Positions 36,011 to 50,237 of a DNA stretch of 64,000 nucleotides are shown here, piece by piece. Numbering within the stretch: the first letter of the stretch is position 1; each line of letters begins with the position of its first letter. Source of the DNA: Perna viridis (lineage: Eukaryota); contig CM074517.1 in NCBI GenBank assembly GCA_037379345.1, positions 43,380,500 through 43,444,499 of the forward strand, in the 5' to 3' direction. The translations under genes were made by a program, and so were the position numbers. The notes under the pieces were generated by a model that worked only from the letters and a program-made list of their open reading frames with translations, was not told where the DNA came from and made no database searches.

Positions 36011-39000
36011 GTAAGTAAAGTAGTCATCTAAACCATTGGATGAGGGATGTTTGATCTTATAAATTACTGAAAATGACACCAATATTACGGGAAATAACTC
36101 AACATATTGTACTTTTTTACACTTTTGTTTCAAACAACAATTTTCATTGATCAGGGTTTTGAAACTGGTATTCGAATAAATGTGGTCCAAGGTCTATGAC
36201 CCTCAGTTTCTGATTTATAAATGTACATGTAGGACTTTTTAAGTTATCTTTTTAGAGATACTTTATTGATGACTTTTGGTTTTCTTCAAGTAGGCCATCG
36301 ATTTGAAACTTCGAAAAGTCCTGGGTCTTCCTTGTGAAATATTGGTACGTGTAGAACTATGTCAGCTTCTGTGATTTAAAATAAACAATTTTATGTACTT
36401 GAAATTAAATCTTTTGATGGTTTTTTTTTACCCTTAAATGTCTATTACTAGAAGATTTTGCATTCTAAGAATTTTTAAGAAGATTGAAATAAAAAAAGTC
36501 TTGACATATGTTTAAAATTTGACTACTTATAGATTGAAACACTTCTTTAAATACAGATGAATACATCATGGAATAAATGTATATTAATTTGTACAGGGCA
36601 TACAAGTAATTCATTTCCCGTTATGAAAGATGGCTTAACTCATTCATGAGGTGTGGAAAACATGTAACTTATTAGCTACTGTCATAAACATTAGGGTAAA
36701 TTTATACTTCAACAACCAAAATGTATAAACAAAAAAATCTGATAAAAATTGTGTTGACTGTTAAATATTAGTTCACATATTGCATGTGTATCGCTCGTTA
36801 AAGACTTCTGAGTTACCTGATTTATCTTAGTAGATTATACATTTAACGACCCTGACAATTGTTTTTAATCATCCTTTAATTTATTTCTAATAATGGATGA
36901 ATAGAGCCTGCTTTTGTTTACAATACTATTGGTGAATAACACTTAAGAATTGCTGTTGTGTTTAGTTTAAAGTTTTTTGTAGCAATTGTAGGTTTCTTTA
37001 AATATAAACTGTATCAGTTTTTGTTCCTCTTAATTTGTTAACTGTTTGTATCTTTTGAAGAAGTTTGGATCTAAAGAACAAACGCACAAATGAGGTTAAA
37101 GAAAATATTAAACTTGAAGATTTATCCTCATTGCCTGAATTACTGTTTGAAAACATTTGTTAGATTTCTCCAAGCTATTTTAAGTCTGGTACAAAAGATT
37201 TGTTTTCTACCTAAAACCCAACTTTATCTTTTATATTTGTACTGAATATCCCCTAAGAATGTTGGAAATTTAAAGCAGATGTTTAATTTTTGCATATTGC
37301 ATATCATATGACAGAACATTTAAAAATACATTGCAAAGTTTGCTTGAAGATAAACCATAAAATACAAGGCCAAGGTTATTGTTTGAAAATGTTTCCAGTA
37401 CTGAAATCTCTAAGGCACATTTGATGAAGTTCTGACCTCTCTGAAAATTTTTTAAAAAATCAGCTTTTTATAAAAAATCCAAACCAATGCACCTTTTTTG
37501 TACATGTATATGTACATGTACTAATAGAACAAATAAAATTATGTGGTTTTTATTGCATTCAGATCATTTTTAACTATTACGAGAATTAATCTTACAAAAA
37601 TCAGTCTTAGTTGGGGTGTCTGATTAATTTTCAAAAATTATCATGATGAATATTATGACACATAAAGGATATCTTTGTGCGTGTGTGTGTAGGAATTTTA
37701 AAAGACAGCTGTCCCGATATTGCTTCACAGCCAGGTGCTCCTGTGTGTCATGGTATTTAATTCCACAGTGAAATGTCATGGAAAATATGAGTGTCGTGAT
37801 CATACCCCTTAAAACCTTTACATTGATTTAATATTGGACAAATGGACTTGTCAAAAGGATCTTCACGTTTGGAACCATCTGTCCCACCTGATTTTGAATT
37901 TGTTGAACATTGTTAACTTAATTGCTCTATCTAAAGAGTATGTTCATTGTCTTAAAAAATACATACATGTACCTGTGATTTGACACAAAGCGAAATGGAT
38001 CAATTCATTTCCATTAATGGAGACCCCATGCCATCAAATTGATGGATAGCTGAATTTTTCAGTACATAAAATGTTCACATTAGATGCTTACAGGCTTTAA
38101 TGTATATAGTATGTGCAAGAATGTAAGACAAAGGAGTGTTATGTTATGGTAGTTTAAAATTTAAATTATTTTGAAATTCATTGAACAAATTTTATCGTAA
38201 TGACCTGAATTAAGTTATACACAAATATCTAATCGTTTGTTTGATTTAACTTTACTGCTATCACAAAATCTTGAGGTTTGCATTAACTTGAACATCTGCT
38301 GATATTTTGACCATTTAAGGTGGACATGAGTATGGTCATTTAGGTTGACACAGGTGCCCTTTGCTACCTGTTGAAAAATGTAGCCATGGGTCAATTCTTC
38401 TGGTGTGGCAGATTGATTTAATTGTTAGTCTTTCTTTTGTTTGTGTTTGAATATGGAAATTTTTGGGGGCTTAATAAAATTGGGACTGACACTTTGTGCA
38501 GATTTCAGATATCACACCAGTTAGCATGATTGGCTGTGACATCTTTTGACCGTTTTCATTTGAATTCAACTCAGTTTTGCATATTGTGAATTGTGCATTA
38601 TGAAGTTGACATTGTTGAACACATCATGTCCTCAATTGGAAAATACAAAAAATATATTGCTTTATACAAGGTGGATCTGCCCTTCTTTATTGCTACGACT
38701 CCTTTTTTCAAATCTGTTCCATCCATTTTTATTTTCGAAAGTACATGTATATGTCCTTTTTATAAAGAGGGAAATTTCAGAATAATGACGTTACATGTAT
38801 AAAATCGAATTCTTAGCTTAAATTGTAAATATACTGTAACATGAAAATGACAAGCCATTAACAATGAAATTTGGAACAAAACACAGTTTTTATCACTTTT
38901 AAAATAGACTACTGAATCGGAAATAATTTATCTTACTTGGAATACAGTATATAATTTATCCATTCTCAAATTGGGAAAATTTAACTAGCCAAAACAGTCT

Positions 39001-39803
39001 TATTTTGGAGGTATTTTAGGGTTAGCAAAATCACTGGTACTGGATTTGCAATAAGAAAGTTTTCACATGCATAGTCATATGCAATTGTCTTTACCATTTT
39101 TTCATATTTTGTAACTGAACCATAATGCAGTAATGAACTTCAAAAGAGATAAAAAAGATTAAGAGAATATGGCTACATGCACATGTATCTTTGTTTTTAG
39201 CTATCATAACTGTTGATGTTAGACATATTTTTTTATTATTTTAGAGGGTGTTTTTACAGGATGATAATTGAACCAAATCTCCCTCCTCTTCTTGTTCTTG
39301 CCAAATGTAAGATAATTGATGAGGAGTGCACTAGTATAGGATTCAAGTATTTCCAGAATGTTTTAGGATCTAGATTTTAATTAATGTTTAGGTTTAGTGT
39401 TTAAAGACTGAAACTGCTTGTCAACTTGATCTGTGGTGTGGGTGGAAAATGAATACTTTTACATGTACATGTATTTCAGTCATTTTTCAAGGGGAATAAC
39501 TGCAATTTATTTCTGGAAATTAGATAACTTGCACTTTGCAGATTTGAGACAATGTGCATTGAAATCTTGAGTGAATCTTTGTACTACTGTATAGTGTTCT
39601 CCCCATAATTTTTAAATAGCACAGTGCTTACTGGCATATCAAAAATTAATTACTGATAGCACAATACTTAGAAATGTACAGCTCTATAATGACCTGGGAA
39701 AACACTGTTGTACATGTATGTCAATCTGTTTAGGGAGGTCATTTGTTTAAGGATTTGGTCATATACTTATTCATATACATGTACATGTACCATTTAAGTA
39801 ATA

Positions 39804-39993
39804 TACTATGGAAGTACTTTTGTTTGTGGGGTACCAATTTTTGTGGTTTTCAATTAGACCAAACCACAAAATTTGGTTCCCAACGAAGAAGAGATTCCCA
39901 TTGATGTGTATACTGAAAACATCAAAACCACAAATTCAAGATTCCAAAAACTTGTGTGTCTTCCCAGATTCATGAAAATTGGTATCCACAGTA
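39804..39993. mobile_element. TA-flanked MITE (TACTRTGGA...TCCACAGTA)
   Basis: Terminal IR plus internal IR GGTACCAATTTT/AAAATTGGTATCC. Decayed relatives near 22540-22690 and 53470-53615. Confidence 0.65.
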
Positions 39994-40906
39994 TGTACTT
40001 GTATTAAACTTCATTCCCTGTTTTTGAATAGGCTGATTTGAGGTTAATGGAATAGGGAAGTTGGTGAATTGTCCATAAGACATTGCCTCCGTACAAAGAA
40101 CCTCATTTTCATAACTAACAAAGCTTCTCAATCCTACCCAAGTGGCTGGTCTATTGTTCAACTTCTTTTATGATCTGTTATTGCAGCTCAATGCAAATGA
40201 TTCCATATATCTCAATTTTTTTTAATATTGAAAAATCAATAAAATCTGTTTGTAAACAATTGAGTGCTACATACATGTACATGTACATGTAACTATAAAT
40301 AGATTTTTGTTCAGGTGCACATCTTTGCAGTTCACACCTGTATTTTTATGAGGTAATTCTGTCACACCTGTTACCATGCTCAGGTAACAGCTTGCTTAAT
40401 TGTGGTAATGTACCTGTCACTGCGGAATTCCTGTACTATTGTTGTGCAGAAGTATAATTGAAATCTAAGGTGGATTCATGATTATTTGTAAACTGAATGA
40501 TTTGGGCCAGTGGAGCAAAACATTAATTTTAGGATGTACTGTACGCTACATGTAAAAATCAAAATTTGTTCAAAGTATTTTTCCAACATAGGGAATAGTT
40601 TCGTGGGAATTATTGGGTGTCAGTTTAGTAAGCATTAGTGAGACACTAGTTCCCCTAATGACCAGGTTATTATTTGGCCTTATTTGCATTTCAACTGTCT
40701 TAACAAATCTTGATTGAAATTTTCTAAAGTTTGAAAAGTCGTCTCATGGCCAAGAAGTATTATTTTTGCATGTTTGTAGAAGATGTACATGTATGAAATA
40801 ATAGGTAGTTTAATTAGGTCTGACATGTAAAGGTCCTCATTTCAAGTATATTCAATATTCTTACCTTTGACCATAACCTATAACCTCTCAATGAATACAA
40901 GAAAGA

Positions 40907-40964
40907 TTGATTGATTGTTGGGATTTGACGCCCGAGCAGCAATATTTCAGCTATATTCAGGCGA
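40907..40964 (-). mobile_element. 58-bp 5'-truncated retroposon sharing the 3' end of the 21900 element; 13-bp TSD
   Basis: AATACAAGAAAGA at 40894-40906 and 40965-40977. 31 bp identical to 21917-21947. (CAAT)n tail. Confidence 0.88.
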
Positions 40965-43539
40965 AATACAAGAAAGAAAAAACATGTTAAAGACCAAATT
41001 AGATTTTTGTCTTTCTACATGAAAAATAAATGCATACAAGAGTCTTCGACATACAAATTTGTATAGCAAATGCATACAAACTTCAGTTAATTAAACAAAG
41101 TAAATAAATGTTTACTTTTAACAAAAAGGGGGGATTACTCCAGACAAAGTAATTTAAGCTATGAAAATAAAGGATAGACTGACAGGTGTTAATCAAATAA
41201 AGAAGGTGTACCAATTAAATTAGACTACCTTTGTCAAAATAAATATAGAATGGTTATCTTTGTTTACCTATGGATAAAGCAAGAAAAGATAATTAGCTAC
41301 ATCAAAGGAATTTACCTGCTTATATTGTTATTTTACCTGATAAATATACTTTAATGTGTCTATTTAATTGCTTGACAGACTACTCAATTTTAAATGCCAT
41401 CTGTCTATATGTTGAAACTTTCATATCAAAATTACTCAATTATTTCAATATTCTTGAATGGGAGACAAGCCGCAGGCTCTGATTTAAAGAAGGATTACCT
41501 TCACTCCATTGTCTTTCATTTTTAATTATTTTATATGTACATGTATAAGAACACAAATTGAGGCTCAGAGTAATGTTTTTTTTTATGCATGTTTTATACA
41601 GTGATGAGTTTTTCTTAATTGACTCTTATGTACATGTAGATGTACATTGTACAGACTGTTCATGCGAACTTTATCATACGCTTGTAGTATAACCACTCTT
41701 TGTGAAAAATTTGACTAGTTGGTTCCTTGAGAAAGCTCTACCCTCAACTGGTACTAGGATGCCGAAATATTTCGTTAAGAATACTCCCTTGTTAATGGTC
41801 ATGTTTGGTCTTGTTTATTGTAAATTGGCAGATTTTCTTCCATAATCTGTGTAGGTCATGATGCAGGCCTCAAAACAGGTAACAATTGTCATGGTAAGAG
41901 GATTAGCAAAATTGAAAAATAATATTGTTTCTTCTCCTTGGATTAGCAAATTTCCCAAATAAGATTGTGTAGGTTGAAGATGCTAATGCAGTTTGGTCTC
42001 ATCATTTCCTAATGCATGTCTTATTTTAGTAAATTAATTTACTATAGACACATTGGTTAACACGTGAATGACCCAGTGTTGGAAGACTTGGATGGAAATT
42101 TGGACATTGAAGTAAATTCAGTTGAATATAAGTTAAAATTCTGGAAATCATAAATTAAAATGACGACTTATTTTAAACATGGTTACTGATCTTGGGAGCT
42201 GTGTATACTTTTGTAAGCTTTGCTCATAGTTTTTTCTTCTTTTTTTTTCTTTCTACTCCATGGCCTAAAACTGGAATGGTCATACCATGTGCTTTACTAC
42301 ATCAGTTTTATTTGGTTCTGATGGAATAGTTAGCTGAGCCTGGTACATTTTTTTTGTATTGCTAATGAGTTACATATTTTTCTTGTTGAAGACATATGTA
42401 CGGTACATGTGTATCCTGCACCATAAAATTTATTGGAGGAGTGACCTGAAGTTTTGGAGTACTGTTATGTAGACAATATAATGTTCAAATCTTTATATGA
42501 TTATGGTTATTATGCAATTGTGGTTTCCATCCTTGTAAAAATGTTTCGTTATTATGTAAAATCTTCCGGTTCATGAGCGATGAATTCTAATTTAATTTTA
42601 GTTGTTAAATGTGTCACGTTAGATTTTGGTTCCTGAGCTACAACTGTAACTTTTCTGGTCAACTTCAGAAACAGAATATCCTGTCTTGATTTTTTATCTC
42701 TCTGAAGTCTAGCCAAATAATAAAATTTTAAACATACTTTTTTTTTTTTTTTTTTCATTGCTGCATCTGAATTTTTGCTGACCACTTCACGAAATTTTGC
42801 TTGAAGTACATTGTATATTTGGAGGTTGCCATGAACATGTACTTTTTGTACAGCTACTCCAGGAACTTTTCAAAGCCCTTGAAAATGCACATGTACTGTT
42901 GTAAGTTGCCACCCCTGTCTACTACTATTTGGTCTTAATTCTAGGAAGATGATTTTTCACCTTGGAGCCTTAATTATAAAAAGGGGGGTTACAGTAATTG
43001 TAAGTGCCTTGTATATTTTTGGTATACATTTTGAAATAACTCTGTTTTGGATATGCACATTTCTATTGAATCATTCTTCTGTAATGTTTCATAAAATTGA
43101 AGAGTTTCCCTCCTGTTCAGGTTTATTAACAGATAGGTTTTTACAGTTGCTTCAATCATTATATGCACTCTTTATGTGCTGTGATGAGATTTTCATTTCC
43201 ACTTTTAATCATTTTAAACAATAATTGTACTGTCAAAAACTTAGTTTTTAGAAGTTTTTTGAACATTTTAGTAGAGCATCTTGTTACGAAGCAATTTAAA
43301 ATAGATTTTAAGATCTTTATGCATTATGATGTTTGAAGTTTTTTACATCAGTTATTAATGATGATGCAGAATTGAACTATTTCTTTAAATTCCATTTGTT
43401 TTAAAGGATGTTGTAGGATGAACTTGTTATTTGAAATGACTTGTTAAAATCAAAGGAAGTATTAACCAGTTTCTTAGAGCTGTGCTATTGAGCTTTCTTT
43501 CGTAAGCAAGAAATGTAGTTAAAATACTAATATAATAGC

Positions 43540-43815
43540 TTTAACACTGCCACATTTTTTTGCGCCTGTCCCAAGTCAGGAATTTTTGGCCTCTGTATGT
43601 ATTGTTTTGTTTTCACTTTCATATTACTTTTATGTTGGTGGAGTATATAGAGGCAACTATTTTGTTGTACCTGAATATAATGTTATTTTTGAGCCAGCTG
43701 CAGCCTGCCTTATGGTGTGAAGGTTTCCTCATTCATTTAAGACCCAAGGGTGGCTTTGAGCTTACAATTTTCATCACGGTGTGGTTGTTGTTTCTTTGAA
43801 TAATTCACCATATCT
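43540..43815 (+). mobile_element. Interspersed SINE-like repeat family B
   Basis: Homologous to 46180-46457 (CCTGTCCCAAGT.AGGAATTT...GAGCCAGCTGCAGCCT.CCTT). A 3'-end fragment lies on - at about 35731-35802, and a related core at about 30326-30410. Confidence 0.7.
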
Positions 43816-46179
43816 ATTCTTGATAATTTATGTATTTTTGAAAATTGTTTACCATGGGTTCCTCTAGTCCAAACTTATTACACAAAGAGTCTTTTATAAA
43901 ATTGCATGTACATGTATTATAATTAAATAAAATTGAGGAAATGTGAAAGGCTTTATCTTTATATATATTATCTAACACCTGAATGTTCCAGACATATATA
44001 TAATCTGCCAATTATTTTGTCCTGAAATAAATAATGCAGTTAAGTTTTTTATGGTTATGTGTATTTTAATGCTTTGATAATTTTACCGGAAAATTTGAAA
44101 TAGCCAAGTGCTTATTGGCTCTTTAGAGTTTTCTCCAATTTTGTAGCACAGTGTTCATAGTGCATTCCAACTTGAATTCATTTTTGATAGAACCATGCAT
44201 AAATTTGTAATCAGTTCAAAGCACAGCTCTATAATGGCTGTGGAGAACACTTGTGTCTTGAGACTGAAGCCTGAAATCCAATGATGCCCCATTTACAATG
44301 TTAAGGATCATTCTTGTAGATCATATAGACCATAACAAGCTCTGTGACTATAGCTTGAAGTCCAATGATACTCCCTTACAATCTAAAGGGTCATTGTCGG
44401 GACTAAAAGTTGTAGATTATATAGATCCTGAATGTAAGTGTGTATACAAGGTACATCATACTATCCACTGACTTATACAGCAGTTATGGTGCCATAAACA
44501 ACTGAAGGGTTAGCATAATGACAGTTAGATGGGGGCGACCCATTAATACACAATAAAATAGAACCTCTGATTATTACACACTTGTTCAGTGTTTACAGTG
44601 TTATTTGTTACTGTAGTTAACTGTATTGTTGATTTTTGTGTAATGCAAATACATGTAAATATAAGTGTTTGGATATACATGTATTAGCGATTTTTCAAAA
44701 TATTGTTTTCAAGGAGAGAATGAATGTTTACCAATGCATGAAGAGTTTCTATTGTTATTCATGCATGCAATAGTCATATACATACATGTACATGTATGAA
44801 TGATTTTATGGAAAGAAGACAAAAGTTTTCTGTTACTTTTTCTCTTGGAATGTCTTTTTTTTTTTTTTATATAATCCCTTCCAAGAATTGTACAGAGGGG
44901 GTACAAGAAATCACTAGGTCTGTCCCTCCATACATTTTGTAAATACTACGTACCTTGTTTAGATGAGTTTCAAGATTTATTTGGTTTGAGTAATAACTCC
45001 ATCACCATTCATTTTTATCTCATGTGAGTGTTAAAATAACCTCCAAAAACCAATAAGATCTGAGGTTAAGTAAGTTTTTGGAGAATTTGATTGTTTTATT
45101 AGAATTATTATATAGATTCAGAACATCTCCAGCTTTGAATTGTTTGAATTACAGGGATTTGATACTGCTGTTGAAAACAAATGGTTAAAGTGGCCTATTT
45201 ATTTAGGATCAATTATCAGTCAGTGTTAACATATTTTCACTCATCCCCATAATAGCTTTATCTTCTATTTCATATAATGGTTTGCAGAAGTTACAAAATA
45301 GCTGAAATCTTCAGTATTGGTTGTTAAAGAGGAGTGCAAGCCTGCAAAAATCATTTTCTTTTGTAATCCCTTAGGACATGTTACGCGAACCAGAAAAAGT
45401 ATTATATAGTATAACACAAACAATTTTCTGCTATCATTAAAATGATTAGCTGTGTATATTGACTTGTCTTTGATTTTCGAGGGCAAGGGTACATTGAACA
45501 TGTAGGGTAGTATTTCCATCATTTGACCCAGCTTTAAAGAGGTAGATCTTGGGTAAGGGACACAAATCTTAAAAATGATTGGAATGTTTGTATTCAACAT
45601 TTTACATCAATCTCATGTAAGCATCGAAGTAACTTGGACTGATTTCATTCTGTTTCCAAAGAAAGCATAAAATGCTTTGATGAAATTGAATATGACACAA
45701 ACATCACTGATTTCAAGAGTTATATCCCTTACCCTAGGTCTACCACCTTAAGGTCTTTGTTCAAGACGAGCAAACAAATTGTGTGATTTCTTTTTAGGCC
45801 ACATAATTACTGTTATTAATCTATAAAAAATGTAGTATACAGCAACCTGTATCATATGTAGCATTCTTTATTTATGAGAAAAAGAACAATTGTTCTTACA
45901 CCACTGTCAACACAAATTTTAATTTCTCCACTCTTCAAAATGGAGTAACCATTTCAAAAATTGTCTGTTATTAATTTCTGTCTTTATACCAAAGTATTGT
46001 ATTAGCATTGTTCTAGCAGTCAAATAACATTTCAGTAAAGGACAGAAAAAAATTGAAATTTTTGGTTAGCAGTAGTGTACATGTTTGTCAGCTTCATGTA
46101 ATAATATAGATAGGGTTCTCTTTAAATTGAAGTTCAATTTTTACATTACAGTTATTCTTATACATGTATTCTAAGTACT

Positions 46180-46457
46180 TTAACCCCACCGCATGTTTTG
46201 CACCTGTCCCAAGTGAGGAATTTCTGGCTTCTGTATGTTTCTTTTTCACCTTTAGTTTATTTTTTTATTTTACTTGAGTATATAGGGGAGCTCTTCTTAT
46301 GTACCTATGCACCTATGCATAGGGATGTCTTGGAGCCAGCTGCAGCCTACCTTGTGTTATGGGGATTTCCTCATTGTTCATTGAAGAGCAATGGGTGCCC
46401 TTGGGCTGACATTTTCATCCTGGTGGGGTTTTTGTCTTTTCATACCTATTCCTGTTA
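46180..46457 (+). mobile_element. Repeat family B copy
   Basis: Collinear similarity with 43540-43815. Confidence 0.7.
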
Positions 46458-47190
46458 TATTTATCAAGCTCCTTCTTAACAGAGTGATGTTAACAGTTTA
46501 TTGTAATAGAGTTATTATAAATGCTGTTAATGGATCACAATCATAACTGAATACGACAGACTCTAACAACCTATAATCATAAGAAGAAGAGAAAACTGAC
46601 TAATATTGGATGCCATACCTTTGTGAAGAAATTGGTTAAATTTTCAATAGAAAGGGTTATCTGCCCTTGAATCTTAGGTTCTGGTGGTACAGATAATGAA
46701 GTTAATCTGTCAGAGTATTTGGGTTTTGATTAACTTGTTTTACCCACTGCCTGATTCTGATAGAGACAAGTACCAAATAACTGTAAAAACCTTTTTAACT
46801 GATACAAGGTATACTCCTTCAGGATGATCTCCCTTGTCTGTCTACATTGTTAATCAAACTTCTTTACTAAGTCATTTTTGTTGACAAATTTTATCAGGCC
46901 TTGGATATCATTTATGTTTATGTGTATATTTATGTTTTTAATATTACAAGTTGTCCTTTAGACTTAATCTTGAATGATTTATAGATTTTGGACCATTGAT
47001 TATTTGGACTGTGATAACTTTTTGTTTTGTTTCATCATTTTTTTCTTTGAGGTCATGTATATATACTCAGTTTGTTGGTTTTCAAGGTCATTTCCAAAGT
47101 CTATTGGACACCAGTGTATGACGTGTTTAAGTGAGTTTTCATTCTGAGTTCTTGGTTTGAATGAGATCCACAATATAAAATTATGTTTCT

Positions 47191-47405
47191 GTTATACCCC
47201 GCTGCAAAGTGGGAGGTATAAGGAGATAGGGGTATCTGTCCATTCTTCATTCCTTTCTGTCTTTCTTTCGTTACTCAAAGGGGTATCCTTCTTTTATCCG
47301 TTTCTCCTCCTACACCACTGAATTGAATTAAACAAAACTTTCACAGAATTTTCATTTATTCCAATTGTGCATTTTTTATATCAGATTTTGATTCAAATCT
47401 GATCA
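47191..47405 (+). mobile_element. Truncated HINE-like copy just upstream of Notch exon 3
   Basis: TTATACCCCGC...GGGAGGTATA head and CCTACACCACTGAAT...AAACTTTCACAGAAT core shared with 8682-9127. Confidence 0.62.
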
Positions 47406-47443
47406 ACTTAGACTTCTATTTTTATTTATTTATTTATTTGCAG

Positions 47444-47580
47444 ATGTCCAACTAGTTACATAGGTGAATACTGCCAGTTTGATAATCCTTGTGGACCTGA
47501 TGCTAACCTGTGTCTAAACAATGGAACGTGCACAGTAATACAAACAGACCAAATTAAGGCTAGATGTGATTGTCCAATCG
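47444..47580 (+). CDS. Notch: Notch exon 3: CPTSYIGEYCQFDNPCGPDANLCLNNGTCTVIQTDQIKARCDCPI(G), end of EGF1 and most of EGF2
   Basis: TTTGCAG acceptor and GTAGGT donor, 137 nt, phase 2->1. Confidence 0.92.
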
Positions 47581-47930
47581 GTAGGTACATTTCATAGAAC
47601 AGGGAAACTGTAGACTATGCTACTTAGAATATAGAATTGGTGGGTAAAGTAAGCTTGAAAGGAACTGAAATGTTAGGTTACTGCAAATAAAATGGTTAAC
47701 TTCAGAGAATAGAGTTGGCCTCACCTTGATTGAATGTTAATACTTAATGAACTTACTTAAGTAGTTGTCTGGTAAACTGTCAAGAAACTTGAATTTCCTA
47801 TTATTTATTCCACAGTGTTCTAGATAGGATTTGAAAATAGAGGGGTGCAGGGAAGAGGGCACTTTAACGCGTAGCATTTTTTTTTTTTTTTTTCAACAAA
47901 AAAAGTGACATTGATTTTGTATGTTATGTT

Positions 47931-48101
47931 AAAGAGTAATCAAGGGAACCAAGGTTATAGCGGTAATCAAAAGAATGTGATCCAGGGACAAAGATCAGAC
48001 ATGGAAAACAGACAAGAACAACAAAGAACACAAAGCAACCAAAATCACATATACAAAGTAACAAAAGTAAATGAGCAACTCAGACTCCACTAAAAACTGG
48101 G
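47931..48101 (-). mobile_element. Repeat family A copy
   Basis: Reverse-complement match to 20853-21025, ending CTCAGACTCCACTAAAAACTGGGA. Confidence 0.78.
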
Positions 48102-49394
48102 AATCAGTAATTTGTATTCTTATTGCTTACCTGCCAACTTTAGGAAATGAAGGCCGCATCATAATTTGCAAACTGAGTAAATTTGACTGCATGATTAATA
48201 TATGCATGACACCCTTATTGTATTGAAAGACCTTTGTCAGATGAACAAGTGCTTTTAGAAAACAGATACATCTTGTATAACACATAAGTATAGTGGTGAA
48301 TAAGCTGAAAATGTATTACTGAAGCCTTAAGTTCCCCTTTTTCAGTTACAATATGATCAGGTCGTTGTGTGGACTATATTTGTTAATGTTCTTGTATTCG
48401 TGGATATGAAGAGAAACCAGAGTAACAATACTCTTGTAGTGAGGCAGCATGTTAACTTATGGTGGTGATAAGGGCATACTACGAGGTGAAATGTTGCATG
48501 AAATGTAATAGATATTCAATAATGCTTAAACTAAATATCATAATTTTAAGTAAGTAGAAGGAATATTATTTCCTATAACTATTGCAATTACAACTTATGG
48601 AAAATGTCCTTTACTGTTGAAGATATAGGAAATTTAAAAAATATTGAAATTATAAGGGAGGTAACTGTTATTTTGAATAAAAAAAATTGCAACATGCAAT
48701 TGTTTATACCGGTAGTTCTACAAAATTTAGACTTGTTAACTTGAAAATATTTGTAAAATTAATTGTGCAGTAGAAATTAATTATTAACCAATGATAGGCT
48801 GTCCATAATATTGTTATAGATCCAATCAGGATTCACTTTCTGCTTGTCAATCATTATCCGATAACCCTGGTCAGCTGATTGATCAACGATAATTACCTGA
48901 GGGTTAATTATGCAGGATGTAGTTAATGAAGGTGACACTTCTTAATTGGCTTGGGGTAATTCATTAACAAGAATGGAAATCTTAAAGGGCCATTCAGTTA
49001 ATTGTAAATGGGCACTAAGTACCCCCAATAGGGGCAGAGGGGCACGAGCGTGATAGGGCGGGGCGCAGCTACCCTCCATTTTGCCCTAGCTAGGACACTG
49101 TTCCATAGGTACTGTAAACGTATTAATTTTGTGGTTGCTAATCTTCATGGATTCTGTCGAGATGTACTGGTGGGTATCAGTTCTGGCTGGTATCAGGTAC
49201 AATGTTTTGTTTACATGTTAGAATGTCCACATGTGGTCGAAATGAACTTGTTCACTCATTCTGATATTTTCTAAAAGACAGATTATGTGATGAAATAACA
49301 CAATTTCCAATATTTATCTTAAAATAACTACATAAAAAAGTTTGTTCTAAGGTTTATTTTCAATCTGAGCATGTAAAAGACTGACCCTTGCTGG

Positions 49395-50237
49395 TGGATA
49401 TTAGTACTGGTGGATATCAATTCTGGCGGATATCAGTACTGGCAGGTATCAGTTCTGACGTGTATCAGTACTGGCAGGTATCAGTTCTGGCGGGTATCAG
49501 TACTGACATATATCAGTTCTGGCAGGTATCAGTACTGGCAGGTATCAGTTCTGGCATGTATCAGTTCTGGCAGGTATCAGTTCTGGCAGGTATCCGTTCT
49601 GACATGTATCAGTTTTGACGTGTATCAGTTCTGACATGTATCAGTTCTGGCGGGTATCCGTTCTGACATGTATCAGTTCTGGCAGGTATCCGTTCTGACA
49701 TGTATCATTTCTGGTGGATATCATTTCTGGTGGGTATCAGTTCTGGCAGGTATCACTTCTGGCGGGTATCAGTCTGACGTGTATCAGTACTGGTGGGTAT
49801 CAGTTCTGGCAGGTATCAGTCTGACGTGTATCAGTACTGGTGGGTATCAGTTCTGGCAGGTATCACTTCTGGCGGGTATCAGTCTGACGTGTATCACTTC
49901 TGGCGGGTATCAGTCTGACGTGTATCAGTTCTGGTGGGTATCAGTTCTGGCGGGTATCAGTCTGACGTGTATCAGTTCTGGTGTATGTCAGTACTGGTGG
50001 GTATCAGTTCTGGCAGGTATCACTTCTGGCAGGTATCAGTCTGACATGTATCAGTTCTGGTGGGTAACAGTTTGACGTGTATCAGTTCTGGCGGGTATCC
50101 ATTCTGACATGTATCAGTTCTGGCAGGTATCCGTTCTGACATGTATCAGTTCTGGTGGATATCAGTACTGGTGGGTATCACTTCTGGCAGGTATCAGTCT
50201 GACGTGTATCAGTTCTGGTGGGTATCAGCACTGGTGG
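49395..50237. repeat. 15/16-bp variant minisatellite, ~50+ units (GTATCAGTTCTGGCAG and variants)
   Basis: Continuous array. Two outlying units at about 49165-49196. Confidence 0.95.
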
